DNA from: Hypanus sabinus
Taxonomy: Eukaryota
Direction: 5' to 3'
NCBI RefSeq assembly: GCF_030144855.1
Contig: NC_082706.1
Location: 148,614,001-148,678,000, forward strand
Length of the DNA stretch: 64,000 nucleotides
How positions within the stretch are numbered: position 1 is the stretch's first letter; each line of letters starts with the position of its first letter. A model generated the notes under the pieces. It was not told where the DNA came from. It ran no database searches and saw nothing but the letters and a program-made list of their open reading frames with translations. Positions 63,695 to 64,000 of the stretch are shown here, in pieces. The translations under genes were made by a program, and so were the position numbers.

Positions 63695-64000
63695 CACTCT
63701 ACTGCCCTCATAGTGTGTAGATACAAAGCTGTGCAGTGAGTTAAACAACTGAGATGGAATCTTTCTTTGGGGTTTTTAATGAGATCTTACTTGTGAAACT
63801 GCAGGGTTAAGTAAAATACGTATTAAATTCAATACAGAATTGCCACATGAGTGAATATTGTAAACTGTTCATTATTCTCTCAATCGGTGCTAACCAAAGT
63901 AACATGCAACCAGAGCACTCCATAACTGTGTCATGTAAACAAGAGTAAGCATGTGGCATGACAATATGTTAATAATGATAAGCAACAAACATAATACTTC
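63695..64000 (-). repeat. BEL/Pao 5' LTR (partial, truncated by window edge)
   Basis: Direct repeat of 52886-~53207. Confidence 0.85.

Larger units (their letters stand above)
52886..64000 (-). mobile_element. Decayed BEL/Pao LTR retrotransposon with nested LINEs (5' LTR runs off the window)
   Basis: Gag N-terminus STAAARAGVRAEAAQMRAA (63470-63525); gag LLLELQAAKNKGYLPGLSFLDTARGINP (59001-59198); triple CCHC array (58573-58824); RNase H/A17 region CIFCDASAKA and RRSYAYVCDRIQ (57263-57610). LTR pair at 52886-53431 and 63695-64000. Confidence 0.9.

Noticed and set aside
1-64000. Prokaryotic/viral system, CRISPR array, operon, or rRNA/tRNA gene
   Set aside because: No dense coding, no regularly spaced repeats and no RNA-gene signature. 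tRNA-like boxes occur only as SINE heads.

Overview
Eukaryotic, gene-poor, transposon-dense genomic DNA. It is most likely from a cartilaginous fish (ray/shark), inferred from the mix of CR1 LINEs with esterase ORF1, Rex1/Babar LINEs, V-SINE/HE1-like SINEs and Penelope relics. I recognised no host protein-coding exon, rRNA, tRNA, CRISPR array or prokaryotic system. Almost every credible ORF in the track is a fragment of a retroelement RT, endonuclease, gag or pol gene, or an antisense shadow of one. Elements present: a Tc1 remnant, three hAT elements, many CR1 copies, several Rex1/Babar copies, one L1 3' fragment, an RTE-like 5' relic, Penelope relics with decayed hammerhead-ribozyme cores, two related solo LTRs with perfect 4-bp TSDs, a decayed full-length Gypsy provirus (43.9-48.3 kb) and a BEL/Pao provirus (52.9 kb to beyond the window end) carrying several nested LINEs. 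The most interesting unexplained items are a 95-nt near-perfect hairpin at 34968-35062, an inverted Penelope/hammerhead cassette at 28242-28453, a composite hAT element, template-switch scars in CR1 copies and a strong minus-strand bias of the long retroelements. I found no convincing novel biological system. Boundaries of degraded repeats are approximate, and family assignments come from motif recognition, not database searches.
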